A stretch of DNA of 27,854 bases from a virus (Duplodnaviria > Caudoviricetes), in the IMG/VR virus record IMGVR_UViG_3300032287_001570, positions 1 through 27,854 of that record, one strand, 5' to 3'. Positions 1-10,476 of this stretch are shown one piece after another. Position 1 is the stretch's first letter; each line of letters begins with the position of its first letter. A model generated the notes under the pieces. The model did no database searches and was not told the DNA's origin. It saw only the letters and a list, made by a program, of their open reading frames with translations. The translations under genes and the position numbers were made by a program.

Positions 1-814
1 CACCATCGGTAGCGTTGTACATGCGTGGAGATTCGATGAAGTATGCTCCTTCGAATGTTCCGATTTCACCAGCCCAAATGTTTTCATTTGTTTGGTATTC
101 GTGAGGCAATCTCCAAGAGGCTGAGCCTGTTTCTGCACGAAGGTCGTGTGAAACTTCTGGATGTATTGCACACCAGTATAGGGAGCCTTTACGAGCAACT
201 GCTTTTCCTGCACGTAATTTTGCAACAGCAAGACGGATGTCTGCTGCTTTCAAGGTGTGAGCACCAGTAACGTTTGTTGTTGCTGTTGCACGTGTACCTG
301 AAGCATTGCTTGCGTAGATTACGTTTGTTCCAGCACGAAGTTCGGTTTGAACAATTTCGTCAATGGAATCAGCCATATTGAACGCAACGATATTTGCAAT
401 CGCTGGGTCAACATCTGCAAGTGAGAACAGTTGCAGTTTGCGTGTGGTCAACACTGCGTTACCGTATTCGTTAAGAGTTACGGTTACAGCAGATGGTGTA
501 CCAATCGCTACTGAATCTGGGTCTACTTGTTCTGACAAAGCAGTTGTTGCTTTAGTCATATCGTTGTAAATTTGGAATACAACTGATGAACCAGGCATTG
601 ATTGTTTTGCTGGTTTCTTGTCTGCTACTGAACGGAGTAATGGTTGAGAACGTAGTGCGAACTCAACAAGACGGTCGTATGCTTTTTGTACAAGACCTGC
701 ACCATTTGATGGTGTGAAGGTTCCTACGTTGTTAGCACTTGAGTATTGACCGCCACCAAGACCACCGTTAGTGTTTGCAGTTCCGCCAGATAAGGCGGAT
801 GGATATTCTGCCAC
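1..814 (-). CDS. Major capsid protein, N4-gp56 family-like (3' end runs off the window)
   Basis: Not in the ORF track because no stop lies in the window. Manual translation from GTG at 814 (SD AAGGAA upstream) gives MAEYPSALSGG...AYDRLVEFALRSQPLLRSVADKKPAKQSMPGSSVVFQIY...YWCAIHPEVSHDLR...IWAGEIGTFEGAYFIESPR. The IHP..DLR and GEIG..EG..FIES motifs are typical of this capsid family. It lies directly after the scaffold-like gene. Confidence 0.88.
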   Translation of the reverse strand, partial: MAEYPSALSGGTANTNGGLGGGQYSSANNVGTFTPSNGAGLVQKAYDRLVEFALRSQPLLRSVADKKPAKQSMPGSSVVFQIYNDMTKATTALSEQVDPDSVAIGTPSAVTVTLNEYGNAVLTTRKLQLFSLADVDPAIANIVAFNMADSIDEIVQTELRAGTNVIYASNASGTRATATTNVTGAHTLKAADIRLAVAKLRAGKAVARKGSLYWCAIHPEVSHDLRAETGSASWRLPHEYQTNENIWAGEIGTFEGAYFIESPRMYNATDG

Positions 815-838
815 TTTAGTTTCCTTAGTTAGTAGTTA

Positions 839-1297
839 TTACGATTGTGAACCGAAAATCATTTGTTCAATTTCGGCTGCACTTGTTGCTTGGTCGAGAC
901 GGAGAAACAAATCATCTCCACCAATTGGAACATTCGCTGAAGCAGCAACAGCATCTATTTGACGTAAAGCAGCAATGTCAGGAGTTACTTCCTTCTTTTG
1001 CACTTGTAGCCCAAATACTTCTGCGTTATCAGCAATCCAGTTATCTATAGCCTCTGGTGAGGAATCTAAATCGGCTGGAATAAAGTTCGCAATCTTTGGA
1101 TTGAGATTTTTCTCCGCAAGGACTGACTTGATAGAATTAGTCCTTTGAGCAGTTTTAATAGAAGAAAGTTCTTCCATTAATTCTTTTAACTGCTTATCTT
1201 TCTTTTTGGTAGCACGTCTTAGTTGTGAAACTAAATCGCCACCTTCTTGTTCGGACTCTAACTCTTCGTCGTCGAAGTCCTGATATACATTGCTCAT
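839..1297 (-). CDS. Putative capsid scaffolding protein
   Basis: Acidic N-terminus followed by a coiled coil (LVSQLRRATKKKDKQLKELMEEL), immediately upstream of the capsid gene. Start moved to ATG 1297, which follows GGGAG. Confidence 0.7.
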   Translation of the reverse strand: MSNVYQDFDDEELESEQEGGDLVSQLRRATKKKDKQLKELMEELSSIKTAQRTNSIKSVLAEKNLNPKIANFIPADLDSSPEAIDNWIADNAEVFGLQVQKKEVTPDIAALRQIDAVAASANVPIGGDDLFLRLDQATSAAEIEQMIFGSQS

Positions 1298-1413
1298 CGC
1301 AATATCTCCCATCGTTGTAGTTTCGCAAGCCTCATTTATATTTGGGGGAATATCTATGGCTCTTGCTCCCAGTCTTTTAACTCACCACAGGGCTGGTCGG
1401 TCTGTGTGTGGTT
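1298..1413 (-). promoter_or_regulatory. Structured leader upstream of the scaffold/capsid genes (possible pseudoknot plus hairpin)
   Basis: On the minus strand a CACACACAG/CTGTGGTG stem has a loop CCAG that can pair with downstream CTGG. A GCAAG...CTTGC hairpin follows, and its TTCCCCC loop is complementary to the GGGAG SD. Confidence 0.4.
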
Positions 1414-2607
1414 TTAGAAGGTACCTTTCGTACCTTTAGAAAGAGACACTTGAGAAGTACCACTTCTTCCAGCAAATTTAGATTGCTCTAATTGCTCAAG
1501 TTTCTTTCGTTTCTGTGAAGCCAAACCTTGGAACTGTTCTGCTTCTAATTCTTGTTGTAAACCAGTGACATCTTGTTTATAAATACCACCAAGTCTTTCA
1601 AGTGTATCTTTTTGTTCAGCAATCTTTGCATAACCTGCACGAGCAAGATTCTTACTTACACCCATTTGTTCAAGTTGTTGTGCTCTTTCAACACTAGTTG
1701 TCAAACCTGCTCTGCTTGCTTCAGAAGCAATCTCAGCAGTAGTTAAACGTCTCTTCAACTGTGAAGCCATATCTTGTGGTGTCTTACCAGTTAATAATGC
1801 TCTAGCAAAATCTGATGTACCATATGTTGGGAAGTAAGTTGATAGTTGTGTTTTCAACACATCATCAGCATTTTGTATTCTGTCAAATACATCAGTGATT
1901 CTTTCAGTTACTTCAAGAATAGAAACATCTCCACCAATTAAATCAGCATAAGTTTCTTGAGTAGCAATACCTGCTAAACCAAATCTATTAAGAACATTCT
2001 GTGCTTGTTTCTCATAAGCAATATATTCTGCAGGTGTAGGTTGTGCTGCTTTTTTACCTGCTGCAATATCTGATGCAAAGTTTTGTTTATATTTTTCTAT
2101 ACCAGCAAAACGTGCTTTATATTCTGGTGTTGTTTGGATTTCTATATCAACTGCTTTAAGTGAATAACCTTGATTAGCAACAAGGTCAATAATTCTATCA
2201 GCAATAGCAGTACCAATACCTAGTTCTTCTGCTCTAGTTCTAATATAGTCATAAACACTTTGACGTTTCTCAGCAGTTGCAGCAGCACTTGCTGCTGAAC
2301 GTTCTCCTCTAAGTGCAGCAAGTTCTTTATTTAATCTATCTAATTCTGCTTGAGTTGCAGAATCAATACCAGTAGTAAGTGTTGTATCGGCTGTATCTTC
2401 TGGTACAAATTTATCTTCTTTAACATCTTTTTTAGTATTCTTAACTACTTGATTAACAGTTGCTTTACCTAAAGCATTGTTGCGAGTATTTTGGGCTGCT
2501 TGAGCAACGTTTGCTTTACCTAAAGCCTCATTACGTATCTGCTCAGCAGTTTTAGCAGGAGTAGGTTTTGGTGTTGGTGGTGGAGCAGGAACTCTTTTAG
2601 GTGCCAT
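1414..2607 (-). CDS. Hypothetical virion protein (possible internal/ejection protein)
   Basis: 397-aa ORF with a Pro/Lys/Ala-rich N-terminus and a helical Ala/Gln-rich body; translationally coupled within the structural operon. Confidence 0.55.
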   Translation of the reverse strand: MAPKRVPAPPPTPKPTPAKTAEQIRNEALGKANVAQAAQNTRNNALGKATVNQVVKNTKKDVKEDKFVPEDTADTTLTTGIDSATQAELDRLNKELAALRGERSAASAAATAEKRQSVYDYIRTRAEELGIGTAIADRIIDLVANQGYSLKAVDIEIQTTPEYKARFAGIEKYKQNFASDIAAGKKAAQPTPAEYIAYEKQAQNVLNRFGLAGIATQETYADLIGGDVSILEVTERITDVFDRIQNADDVLKTQLSTYFPTYGTSDFARALLTGKTPQDMASQLKRRLTTAEIASEASRAGLTTSVERAQQLEQMGVSKNLARAGYAKIAEQKDTLERLGGIYKQDVTGLQQELEAEQFQGLASQKRKKLEQLEQSKFAGRSGTSQVSLSKGTKGTF

Positions 2608-3875
2608 TATACTAAGATACCTCCTTGGAAGCCAGCAGTATCAGCAAAGGATGTAAATGCAGTAAGAATAGTATCCCAACCTTCTTCACCATATTGCCAA
2701 CGTTTATCTTTTCTAACTTCTTTCTTAACATCATAAGCAGTTAAGTTTCTTTGCAAACCATCTTGAACAACTGGGTCATTAATTAAATCGTCGTTATATT
2801 GAATACCTAATGATTGAGCAACTTGATACATTAATGGTTCAGCAATGTCATAAAGACTTGCACCTGATTTAAATCTTTCAGCATACTGTGGATACATTTG
2901 TGAAGCCATGTTTCTAAAACTTCCAAGGATATCTGCTTCACTACGGAAACCTTTAATAACATCAGTTACATAATTTTTAAACTCTTGACCACCAGTATCA
3001 ACCGTAAAACCAAGTCTTTTAATACCATTGTAAAGTCTTTGAGAGACTTCTCCTGCTTGACCTTTAATATAATCAGGACTGAACTTAACAGAGTTTAATA
3101 TTGCATTTTCAACTTGTTCATCATTCCAACCAAGAAGAATACTTTTGGTTGCTAAATCTTCAATTGCTGCATTGTCTAAATTACCACCAAGTTTAGTGCT
3201 TGCTCTTCTAACAATGTTAGCCTTTTGTATTTTAATTTCGTTGAAAGACGGTTGGTCTTTCTTTAAACCTGTAAGCATTGCGGCTCTGGCTTGTTCACCA
3301 GTTTTCTTCCACCACTTAGAATTTCTTAATTCTGTTTGTAAAGCAGCCTCTACTTCAGGTCCTTGTTTACCTAAATACTTTTTATAAATAGCAGCAAGTT
3401 CTGGGTCAACTAATAATGCTCTAGCAATAATGTCATTAGTAATTCTTGCTTGACCAGTTGGATTACCAACAACTCCTGATGCTTCCATTGCTGCACCTTC
3501 TGTTTGTGTTCTCAAATTAGGATTCCCTGCAAGTTGATTATTGTAAGTAGACCAATGAGTATACCCTTGTCCTGCACCTTTGCTTTTCTCACGACTACTC
3601 CACAACTTATATGCTGCATTAGCATTTTTTTGTGGGTCATACAATTCTTCATTTGATTTAATCCCAAACCATTTCCTACGTTCAGGTCCCATCTTCCCAA
3701 ACATATTGATTTGAAATAAACCATAAGATAAATCTTTTGTTGTCGAATCAGGGTTAAAAGCATTAGGGTCATTAGTAGATTCTAACTGTGCAATACGAAG
3801 CATTGTAGGTATTGCACTTTCTGGGAAACCAGCATTTCTTAAATACTGTGCAATTTGTTCTTGTGTGTATGCCAT
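2607..3875 (-). CDS. Virion-associated protein with N-terminal lytic transglycosylase (lysozyme-like/SLT) domain
   Basis: IAQLES (catalytic Glu), SYGLFQIN, LYDPQKNANAAYKL and WSTY motifs in the first ~115 aa. Confidence 0.82.
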   Translation of the reverse strand: MAYTQEQIAQYLRNAGFPESAIPTMLRIAQLESTNDPNAFNPDSTTKDLSYGLFQINMFGKMGPERRKWFGIKSNEELYDPQKNANAAYKLWSSREKSKGAGQGYTHWSTYNNQLAGNPNLRTQTEGAAMEASGVVGNPTGQARITNDIIARALLVDPELAAIYKKYLGKQGPEVEAALQTELRNSKWWKKTGEQARAAMLTGLKKDQPSFNEIKIQKANIVRRASTKLGGNLDNAAIEDLATKSILLGWNDEQVENAILNSVKFSPDYIKGQAGEVSQRLYNGIKRLGFTVDTGGQEFKNYVTDVIKGFRSEADILGSFRNMASQMYPQYAERFKSGASLYDIAEPLMYQVAQSLGIQYNDDLINDPVVQDGLQRNLTAYDVKKEVRKDKRWQYGEEGWDTILTAFTSFADTAGFQGGILV

Positions 3876-5018
3876 TTATTGTAATCCGATATTACGATTT
3901 TGGCTGATACTTGTTTGTAATTCTGTTAGTAAACCATCAAGAGCATTGCTGAACATATCAACTCCGCCTTGTTCCATTCCATACTCTTTGGCTTCAGGTG
4001 TTTTAAAAATATATTCTTGAGCAAACTCATCTAATTGTTGTGCGTTAAATCCTTGTTGAACTGTTCTTGAACCAGTGGCAATGTTAGGTGTAATTATATC
4101 TGGGTTAGCATTAGCGTAAGCATTAGCAGATGCAATGAATGCCATGATAGCATTATCATCTGGATTTGTACCAGTGTATCTTTGATAGTTTTCAATAAAC
4201 ACTTGTCTAGCATCTTTAGCATTTGGAAGATTAACAGTCTTATCACCAAGGATAGAAGAGTATGCTGCTTCACTTTCTTTTAACCAAGAATCAAAATCAA
4301 GTAATGCTTTACCTTGTTTAGCATAACCATAGTTAGTTATTGTTTGACTACGTAAGGCTGATGCTAAAGCACTAACGAAGTAATCATCTTCCATATCTTT
4401 ACTTGCAAGACTGTATGGTGCCATTGCAGAAAGTTCACCACTATAAAAACCTGAAGAAACAAGTTTTTGTTTTAAAGCAACAATTCCATTAGGTGTTTTT
4501 CTTGCTTGTTCTAATGCTTGTTCTAGTGCTACTTCTGCTGATATAACATCAACAGCATCAAGAGACATTGCACCTCTTGCATCTTGACCTGGTCTAATAA
4601 CAACCATAGAAGCGGCTGTTCCAGGAGGAGCATCAGGTGGAATATAACCAACACCTTCTGCAGTTCTAGAAAAGTTAGCACTTTGTGCAAGGAAAGACTT
4701 ATTTAAAACTGTGCTTGTAGTTTCACCAAAAGGTGTAGTATCTGCTTCACCAGTTAATAATTCTTCTTCTCTTTGTTTTATTTCTTCAGGTGTAAGAAAT
4801 TCTGATTTAGGTTTCTCTGTTTGTGTACCATATTTTGGAGTTTTAGATTTGATAAAACTATCTGAAACTTCAACATCAACTCGTTTACCATCAGCATATC
4901 TAATTTTTGTTCCAGTAGGTAATTCATTTTCTGCAACAACAATTTCAATTCCACCTCTAGGATATACTTTAGTTATTGTATATACTTGACGGTCTTCATC
5001 CCATTTAAGTTTTGCCAT
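3876..5018 (-). CDS. Hypothetical virion protein (possible internal/ejection protein)
   Basis: 380-aa ORF abutting both neighbours in the structural operon; no motif recognised. Confidence 0.55.
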   Translation of the reverse strand: MAKLKWDEDRQVYTITKVYPRGGIEIVVAENELPTGTKIRYADGKRVDVEVSDSFIKSKTPKYGTQTEKPKSEFLTPEEIKQREEELLTGEADTTPFGETTSTVLNKSFLAQSANFSRTAEGVGYIPPDAPPGTAASMVVIRPGQDARGAMSLDAVDVISAEVALEQALEQARKTPNGIVALKQKLVSSGFYSGELSAMAPYSLASKDMEDDYFVSALASALRSQTITNYGYAKQGKALLDFDSWLKESEAAYSSILGDKTVNLPNAKDARQVFIENYQRYTGTNPDDNAIMAFIASANAYANANPDIITPNIATGSRTVQQGFNAQQLDEFAQEYIFKTPEAKEYGMEQGGVDMFSNALDGLLTELQTSISQNRNIGLQ

Positions 5019-8000
5019 TATTTCAACCTAGTATCTCTGCTATAGTTTTTAAGTATTGGAATAAATATTGCTTTGTTTGCTTGAGCAACAGAAGAATCAT
5101 ACTTACCTAGAACTTCTAAATCTCTGATAGCCAAGTCTCTAACTTCACGTTTAAACTTAACACCAAAGGTTTCTTCATACCCTGCATATTGAAGTTTGGC
5201 AGAAGTTGCACTAAGAATCTCTACTGCTTTAGTTAACTTATCTCTAGTCTTTACATCCATTTTAACAGTAGGGTCAGCAACTAAGAACTGTAAAGAGTTA
5301 AGCATTGCTTCTTCTTTAGCAGTACCGTACTCACCTGATTCAAGTTGTGCACGAAGTAAAGGATTTTGAACCTTTAGAATATCACGGTAGTTCTTTAAAC
5401 TTTCAGTGATTTGTTTACGTGCTGTAGGGTCAAATGTTTTATTTAACGCTTCGCCTGCACGTTCTTCTAAATCAAAGTAAAGTTGTTTATCTTCAGCAGT
5501 TCTTACATCATTCAAGTATGTTTGTAAGTCTTTATTCTTAATCATACCTGCTGCTTCAAACCAAGCATAAGAAGATGCACTGAAGTCACCAACACTAGGT
5601 GCTGCTAAGAATGCAACTTCACCATACTTTTCAATTAAATCTGTGTTCTTTATATACCAGTCTTTAACTTCATCAGTTTTTCTGAATGCAATATCTCTGT
5701 CTTTTTCTGCACGAGAAACTGTGTATACAAGTTTACCTGGGTTCTTACCAATATAGATAGCCAATGCTTCTTCAAAAGGGTCATCTATTCTTGGGTTAGG
5801 TGCAGTTAAAACATTCTCATATATGTCAAAGAACTCTTGACGAATGCTAGTAATACCTACTTCTTGTAAGAACTTAGGTACATCTTTAGATTCTTTTAGT
5901 GTAGGTGAGAAAGGCACAGGTGTTAAACCTAAAAGGTTACGCATAATAATTACGTTGTGTGCACCAATACGAACATTCTTAATGTATTCATATTGTTCTT
6001 CAGGTGTAGCATTAGGTGCTAAACCTCTACCATGTGCTGCATCATAAGCAATTGCTTGATGAATAGCAGTTAATTCTTGTTTATCTTTTTCATTAGCATC
6101 AGCAATCTTTAAGATTCTATCTAATGAAACAGGAAGAATTGCTTTACGTAATGTGATGTTGTCGCCAATATCACCAAGTAATAAGTTATCTATTCTGTCA
6201 GACAGAACACGTCCAGATTCACCAAAGCGTCCAGCAATAGCCTTAAACAATACTACGTTAGCACCAGCAATAGGACCAGACAATGTTGGCATTGCTGCAT
6301 CAGGACCAAATGATGGGTTGATTTGTGATAAACGAATAGTGAAATCACCAAACAATGGTTGACTATATCCACTTTTACCACCAGTTAATACCCTGATTGG
6401 TTTGTCAATTACTTGGAACATCAAGTCATCCATAGGCATAAGAACATATTTTTGTCCTTGTGCATCTTCATGAACTACACCTGATGCTTCTAAACCTAAA
6501 GCAGAAAGACGCATACGCATCACTGTTCTTAATGAAACATCTTTCATTCTGTAAACGCGACGCATAAAGTCTTCAGTTGCACGGTAGAAACGTGCACCGT
6601 TTCTTAAACTAAATGCTAGTTGGCTACGAATCTGTGGGTTATCTGCATATTTCATTATCAGATTAGCAGAATCTTTTGCTGCTTCTTCTGTAAAGAATCT
6701 ATCTACAACATCTGTTGCAAATCTTGTTGCAGTTTTTTCTTCATAACCTAGTTTTTTATAGTTATTAACTACTTCATTTAAGTATCCTGAGTAGTGACCA
6801 TTTCTTCTAAAACGGTCCATGTTTGCTAGGTATAACGAAAAGAAGGCTGGTGTTCTATAGATTGATGTGACTTGTTGGTCCATAAATTCAAACATCTTGT
6901 TACCAACACGAGTCCATAATGATTCAACTGTGTCACCAACAAAGTCAACAGGTGCATAAACGCCTTCAACATCCATGGTGTTTTTGCCAGATAGTCTTTT
7001 GAAATCATCAAAGGTCATACCTGCAATAGCACGGCTGAAACTGCCACCTTTTTCCATTGCTCTTTGGCTTAGTTCAGCAACAAGGTTATCGTTAACTGAA
7101 GTAAAGTTTGCTGTTCCGTGAATTGTTTGACGCAAATCAAGCATCATTGTTTCTAAACGGTCACGTAATACGGAGAATGGTGAGGTACCACCTGAGTATG
7201 CTGATTCAACGTCAGCATATAGGTACTTCTCTAAAGCCTTTTGTTTCTTTGCTTGTTGTGGTTTTAACTTACCATCTTTTAAAAGGCTTCTATTAAGAAC
7301 CATAGGGTCAGATGCTGAATTTGGAATGAATTGTAATGTTCTTGATGGACCAGTATAAACTAATCCCATTGCTGACATTATTTCATCAACAGCATTATCA
7401 ACATCTTGTGGTGTTTTTAACCCATTGTTACGCATTGCGTATTCGATAGGGTCATCAATGTTTAAATCAAACGCATCTTTGAAAGAGTTACGTGCACCTT
7501 TAGTGTGAAAGAAATAATAGTGAAGAAATTGCTTTTGATTAGTACTTAAATTTTCTGCTTGTTTAATATAATCAGGAATTTGAGTGTAACCTTCAGCAGT
7601 AAATGCTTCAGTTAGTTTAGAAGCAGACATAGTTACTGAACTATTAATCTTTCCTTTAATGCCTAACATGTTACCTGCTACACCAGAAGCAATAGCATCA
7701 CCAAATTGTGGGTTATGTGTTAAGAAAGTAATGAAATCTTTCTTTTGGTCAGGAGAAAGAGTCTTTGTGCTTATACCAGAAAAGCGTTCTACTGCTAATT
7801 CTGCTATTTCCCTACGAGCACCAAGCATTTGTTCATTTTTTGTAAGACTTGAATCAGCAAAAAACTTATTGAAGATATCAACTGTTTCTGTTTCGCCAAG
7901 TAATTCAGGAATCTTTTGTAATTTTTCTGCAGATAGTGAAATACCAGTAGCACTTCTTGTTGCAGCACTACGAATCTTGGCACCAGCAAGACCTTTTAAT

Positions 8001-10063
8001 GAGAAAAAGTTATATAAGGCTTCTTTAGGTGCATAGTTAACAAAGAAAAATAGTTCATCAACTGTTGCTCTTACACCAAGTTTAGGGAAAAGAGTTAATA
8101 CGCTCCATACGTTTGTAAATTCTGTAGCAAATTTACCGTTAACAATTGGTGAAAGGTTTCTTAAAATGTATTTAGGGTCTTTATTTACAATGGTTTGTGA
8201 AACAAGTTCACTAAGTCCACGCCAATCAAGATTACCAATAGTACTTGAGTAACCATTTGGCTGGGTAGGACCTTCTTTAATTAAGAATTTTTTACCATTT
8301 TCTACTACAAGTTTACCAAGGTTAGTACTTGTTGGTACAAAATCGTCAGCAACTTCTATTCTATTTGAAATACTACCAATAAACTTTTGGTCAAGAATAG
8401 TATTTATTATATCTACACCTTTAGGTGTAGCACCTAGACCTGATGCTGTTAAAACATCTGTCATTAATCCACGTAGTAAAGCAATACGTTCTGCTTGGTT
8501 AGAATCAATAAACTTTTGAGTTAAAGCACCAGCAAGATTCTTAGGTAAAACAATTCTTGATAGTTCGTTAAAGGTTTGAGATGATTCTCTAACCATATCA
8601 TCAGTCACATAGATTGGTTTATCTAATGGGTGACGTGAAGCAAATCTAGAAATCTTACCTTTAATTGTGCTTAATGCTTTTTCTGCTTCAATAAAAGCAG
8701 GGTTAGTTTCACGTAAACCTTTTAATACTTGTGCTGCTTGGGTTATATCTTCACCAGTTCTAATATAACCTTTAGAGATTTCACTTAAAGCAATATCAGT
8801 TTTAGCAACATCATTGGTTGTGTTAAAAAGTGAATCAACCATTGAACGTGCAGTACGGCTAACAACTGATAAACGATTAGCAGTTGCTACTTGGTTACTG
8901 CGATAGAACTGCATTGAATCAGTTCTGCCATTAATTAATTTACCAGCATGTTCATAGTTGCTAAAGAAACTTTTTGCACTATCAGCATCTTTAACTTGAC
9001 CTTTAACTAGTTCATCAATGATTTGTTCATTATTATATTCTGGAAACTTTAAAGCAATCTCATCACGAATTTTTGCTTTCTCAGCATCAGAGGTTGCACT
9101 GGCTAAGTTATCTAGATATGGACCAAATGTGTTCCAGTATCTTACAACTTGTTTACCAAATTTTTTATTTTCAAAAACTGCTTTAACACCTAGAGAACCG
9201 CCACCCATTTCATCATAAATCTTTGCTAACTTAGCACCTGCTTTTAATGCAGGACCAAAACCTAAAGTTGCATAAGTTAAAGGGTCAGCAAGTATTTGGT
9301 AGGTTGCATCAAAAACACCTGATACTTTGTCAAAAGATTTTTCAGCATTAGTTTGCATACCTGCTGTAGGTGCACCAAATAAACTACGTGCAATATCACG
9401 ACCAACAGAAGCCTGTGTTCTTTTATAATCTGAAAGAATATCTTGAAACTGTGCAGGATTCTCAGACATAAAGTTTAAAGCAAATTCTAATTCAGGGTCA
9501 ACGCCACCATGGTTTTCAATTACTTCACCAGGTGTCATACCTGAAACAATGCCTTTGGCTAATACACTAATGCCTTTACCGTATGCTTCATCAAGAGTTG
9601 CTGTAGCACCTTTGTCGAATATTTTGGTGCCGTCCCAATCGTCACGCCAAATCTTCCAAAGTTGTGAAGTATCATCACCTTGCATCTTTGCTTTAATACC
9701 AAGATATGGCAAAGAGATAGCACGGCTGTAGGTTTCTAATGCTTTAAATCCTGCTTTAAATGGGCTTTGTGCTAACTTTAAAGCATCAGCAATAATGTTG
9801 CCAGCAGTCCAATCTTGCGGACGAGCCATATAATTTGCTTGGAAATTATCGGTAAGCATTTGTTGAATTGTTGGGTCAAGTTTATTGTAAGTATCAAAGG
9901 CTACTTTGTCATCTTTAATGTCAAGTAGTTCACGATGCTTTGCATATAACTTATCCCAAGTTCTGATTTGTTTTAAATCAGTGTCTTGTAAACCTGCTTT
10001 GTAACCAGCAACAGCAAGTTCTGGATTAGTAACAGGTACTAACTCGCTCCATGAAGTTGCCAC
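5018..10063 (-). CDS. Large internal virion / DNA ejection-type protein
   Basis: 1681-aa, largely helical ORF in the structural operon, close to a transglycosylase-bearing protein. Size and context resemble podovirus ejection proteins; no catalytic motif recognised. Confidence 0.55.
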   Translation of the reverse strand: MATSWSELVPVTNPELAVAGYKAGLQDTDLKQIRTWDKLYAKHRELLDIKDDKVAFDTYNKLDPTIQQMLTDNFQANYMARPQDWTAGNIIADALKLAQSPFKAGFKALETYSRAISLPYLGIKAKMQGDDTSQLWKIWRDDWDGTKIFDKGATATLDEAYGKGISVLAKGIVSGMTPGEVIENHGGVDPELEFALNFMSENPAQFQDILSDYKRTQASVGRDIARSLFGAPTAGMQTNAEKSFDKVSGVFDATYQILADPLTYATLGFGPALKAGAKLAKIYDEMGGGSLGVKAVFENKKFGKQVVRYWNTFGPYLDNLASATSDAEKAKIRDEIALKFPEYNNEQIIDELVKGQVKDADSAKSFFSNYEHAGKLINGRTDSMQFYRSNQVATANRLSVVSRTARSMVDSLFNTTNDVAKTDIALSEISKGYIRTGEDITQAAQVLKGLRETNPAFIEAEKALSTIKGKISRFASRHPLDKPIYVTDDMVRESSQTFNELSRIVLPKNLAGALTQKFIDSNQAERIALLRGLMTDVLTASGLGATPKGVDIINTILDQKFIGSISNRIEVADDFVPTSTNLGKLVVENGKKFLIKEGPTQPNGYSSTIGNLDWRGLSELVSQTIVNKDPKYILRNLSPIVNGKFATEFTNVWSVLTLFPKLGVRATVDELFFFVNYAPKEALYNFFSLKGLAGAKIRSAATRSATGISLSAEKLQKIPELLGETETVDIFNKFFADSSLTKNEQMLGARREIAELAVERFSGISTKTLSPDQKKDFITFLTHNPQFGDAIASGVAGNMLGIKGKINSSVTMSASKLTEAFTAEGYTQIPDYIKQAENLSTNQKQFLHYYFFHTKGARNSFKDAFDLNIDDPIEYAMRNNGLKTPQDVDNAVDEIMSAMGLVYTGPSRTLQFIPNSASDPMVLNRSLLKDGKLKPQQAKKQKALEKYLYADVESAYSGGTSPFSVLRDRLETMMLDLRQTIHGTANFTSVNDNLVAELSQRAMEKGGSFSRAIAGMTFDDFKRLSGKNTMDVEGVYAPVDFVGDTVESLWTRVGNKMFEFMDQQVTSIYRTPAFFSLYLANMDRFRRNGHYSGYLNEVVNNYKKLGYEEKTATRFATDVVDRFFTEEAAKDSANLIMKYADNPQIRSQLAFSLRNGARFYRATEDFMRRVYRMKDVSLRTVMRMRLSALGLEASGVVHEDAQGQKYVLMPMDDLMFQVIDKPIRVLTGGKSGYSQPLFGDFTIRLSQINPSFGPDAAMPTLSGPIAGANVVLFKAIAGRFGESGRVLSDRIDNLLLGDIGDNITLRKAILPVSLDRILKIADANEKDKQELTAIHQAIAYDAAHGRGLAPNATPEEQYEYIKNVRIGAHNVIIMRNLLGLTPVPFSPTLKESKDVPKFLQEVGITSIRQEFFDIYENVLTAPNPRIDDPFEEALAIYIGKNPGKLVYTVSRAEKDRDIAFRKTDEVKDWYIKNTDLIEKYGEVAFLAAPSVGDFSASSYAWFEAAGMIKNKDLQTYLNDVRTAEDKQLYFDLEERAGEALNKTFDPTARKQITESLKNYRDILKVQNPLLRAQLESGEYGTAKEEAMLNSLQFLVADPTVKMDVKTRDKLTKAVEILSATSAKLQYAGYEETFGVKFKREVRDLAIRDLEVLGKYDSSVAQANKAIFIPILKNYSRDTRLK

Positions 10064-10476
10064 TAATTACCTCTGTCAGATAAGAAATTGTATATTGCGG
10101 ATATTTCGCCTGTTTCATCAAAAGGAATAAGTTCTTCAACAATTGATTTTAAAGTTTTTTGTTGTGGTTGTAATGGTGGAAGGGTTAACGCATCACTTCC
10201 AACCCCTGCACCATAATCAACACCAGCAGTCAAAGGCTCATTAGGTTTCTGAGTCATTGCTGTTAAAGGAGTAATAGGTCTTGCTTGACGAACTGCTTGC
10301 ATTGGGTTCATTGATGGTTGAGGTGTTTGACCTGCCATTGCTGCCCCTTGTTGAAGACCCATAAGTTCTTGACCTTCACCATACGAACCACCAGACATAT
10401 ATCTAGTTGGTTGTGCAGAAGTATTTAAATCTGTTCTTTGAGATAATTGTCCAGGACCTGATACTTGTTCAGCCAT
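10063..10476 (-). CDS. Hypothetical structural protein (Gly/Pro/Gln-rich)
   Basis: 137-aa ORF directly after the portal (VSGPGQLSQRTD...YGEGQEL). Confidence 0.6.
   Translation of the reverse strand: MAEQVSGPGQLSQRTDLNTSAQPTRYMSGGSYGEGQELMGLQQGAAMAGQTPQPSMNPMQAVRQARPITPLTAMTQKPNEPLTAGVDYGAGVGSDALTLPPLQPQQKTLKSIVEELIPFDETGEISAIYNFLSDRGN

Noticed and set aside
5018-10063. Virion RNA polymerase (N4- or crAss-like)
   Set aside because: No DxDGD or T7-type polymerase motifs seen, and it is about half the size of the N4 vRNAP.
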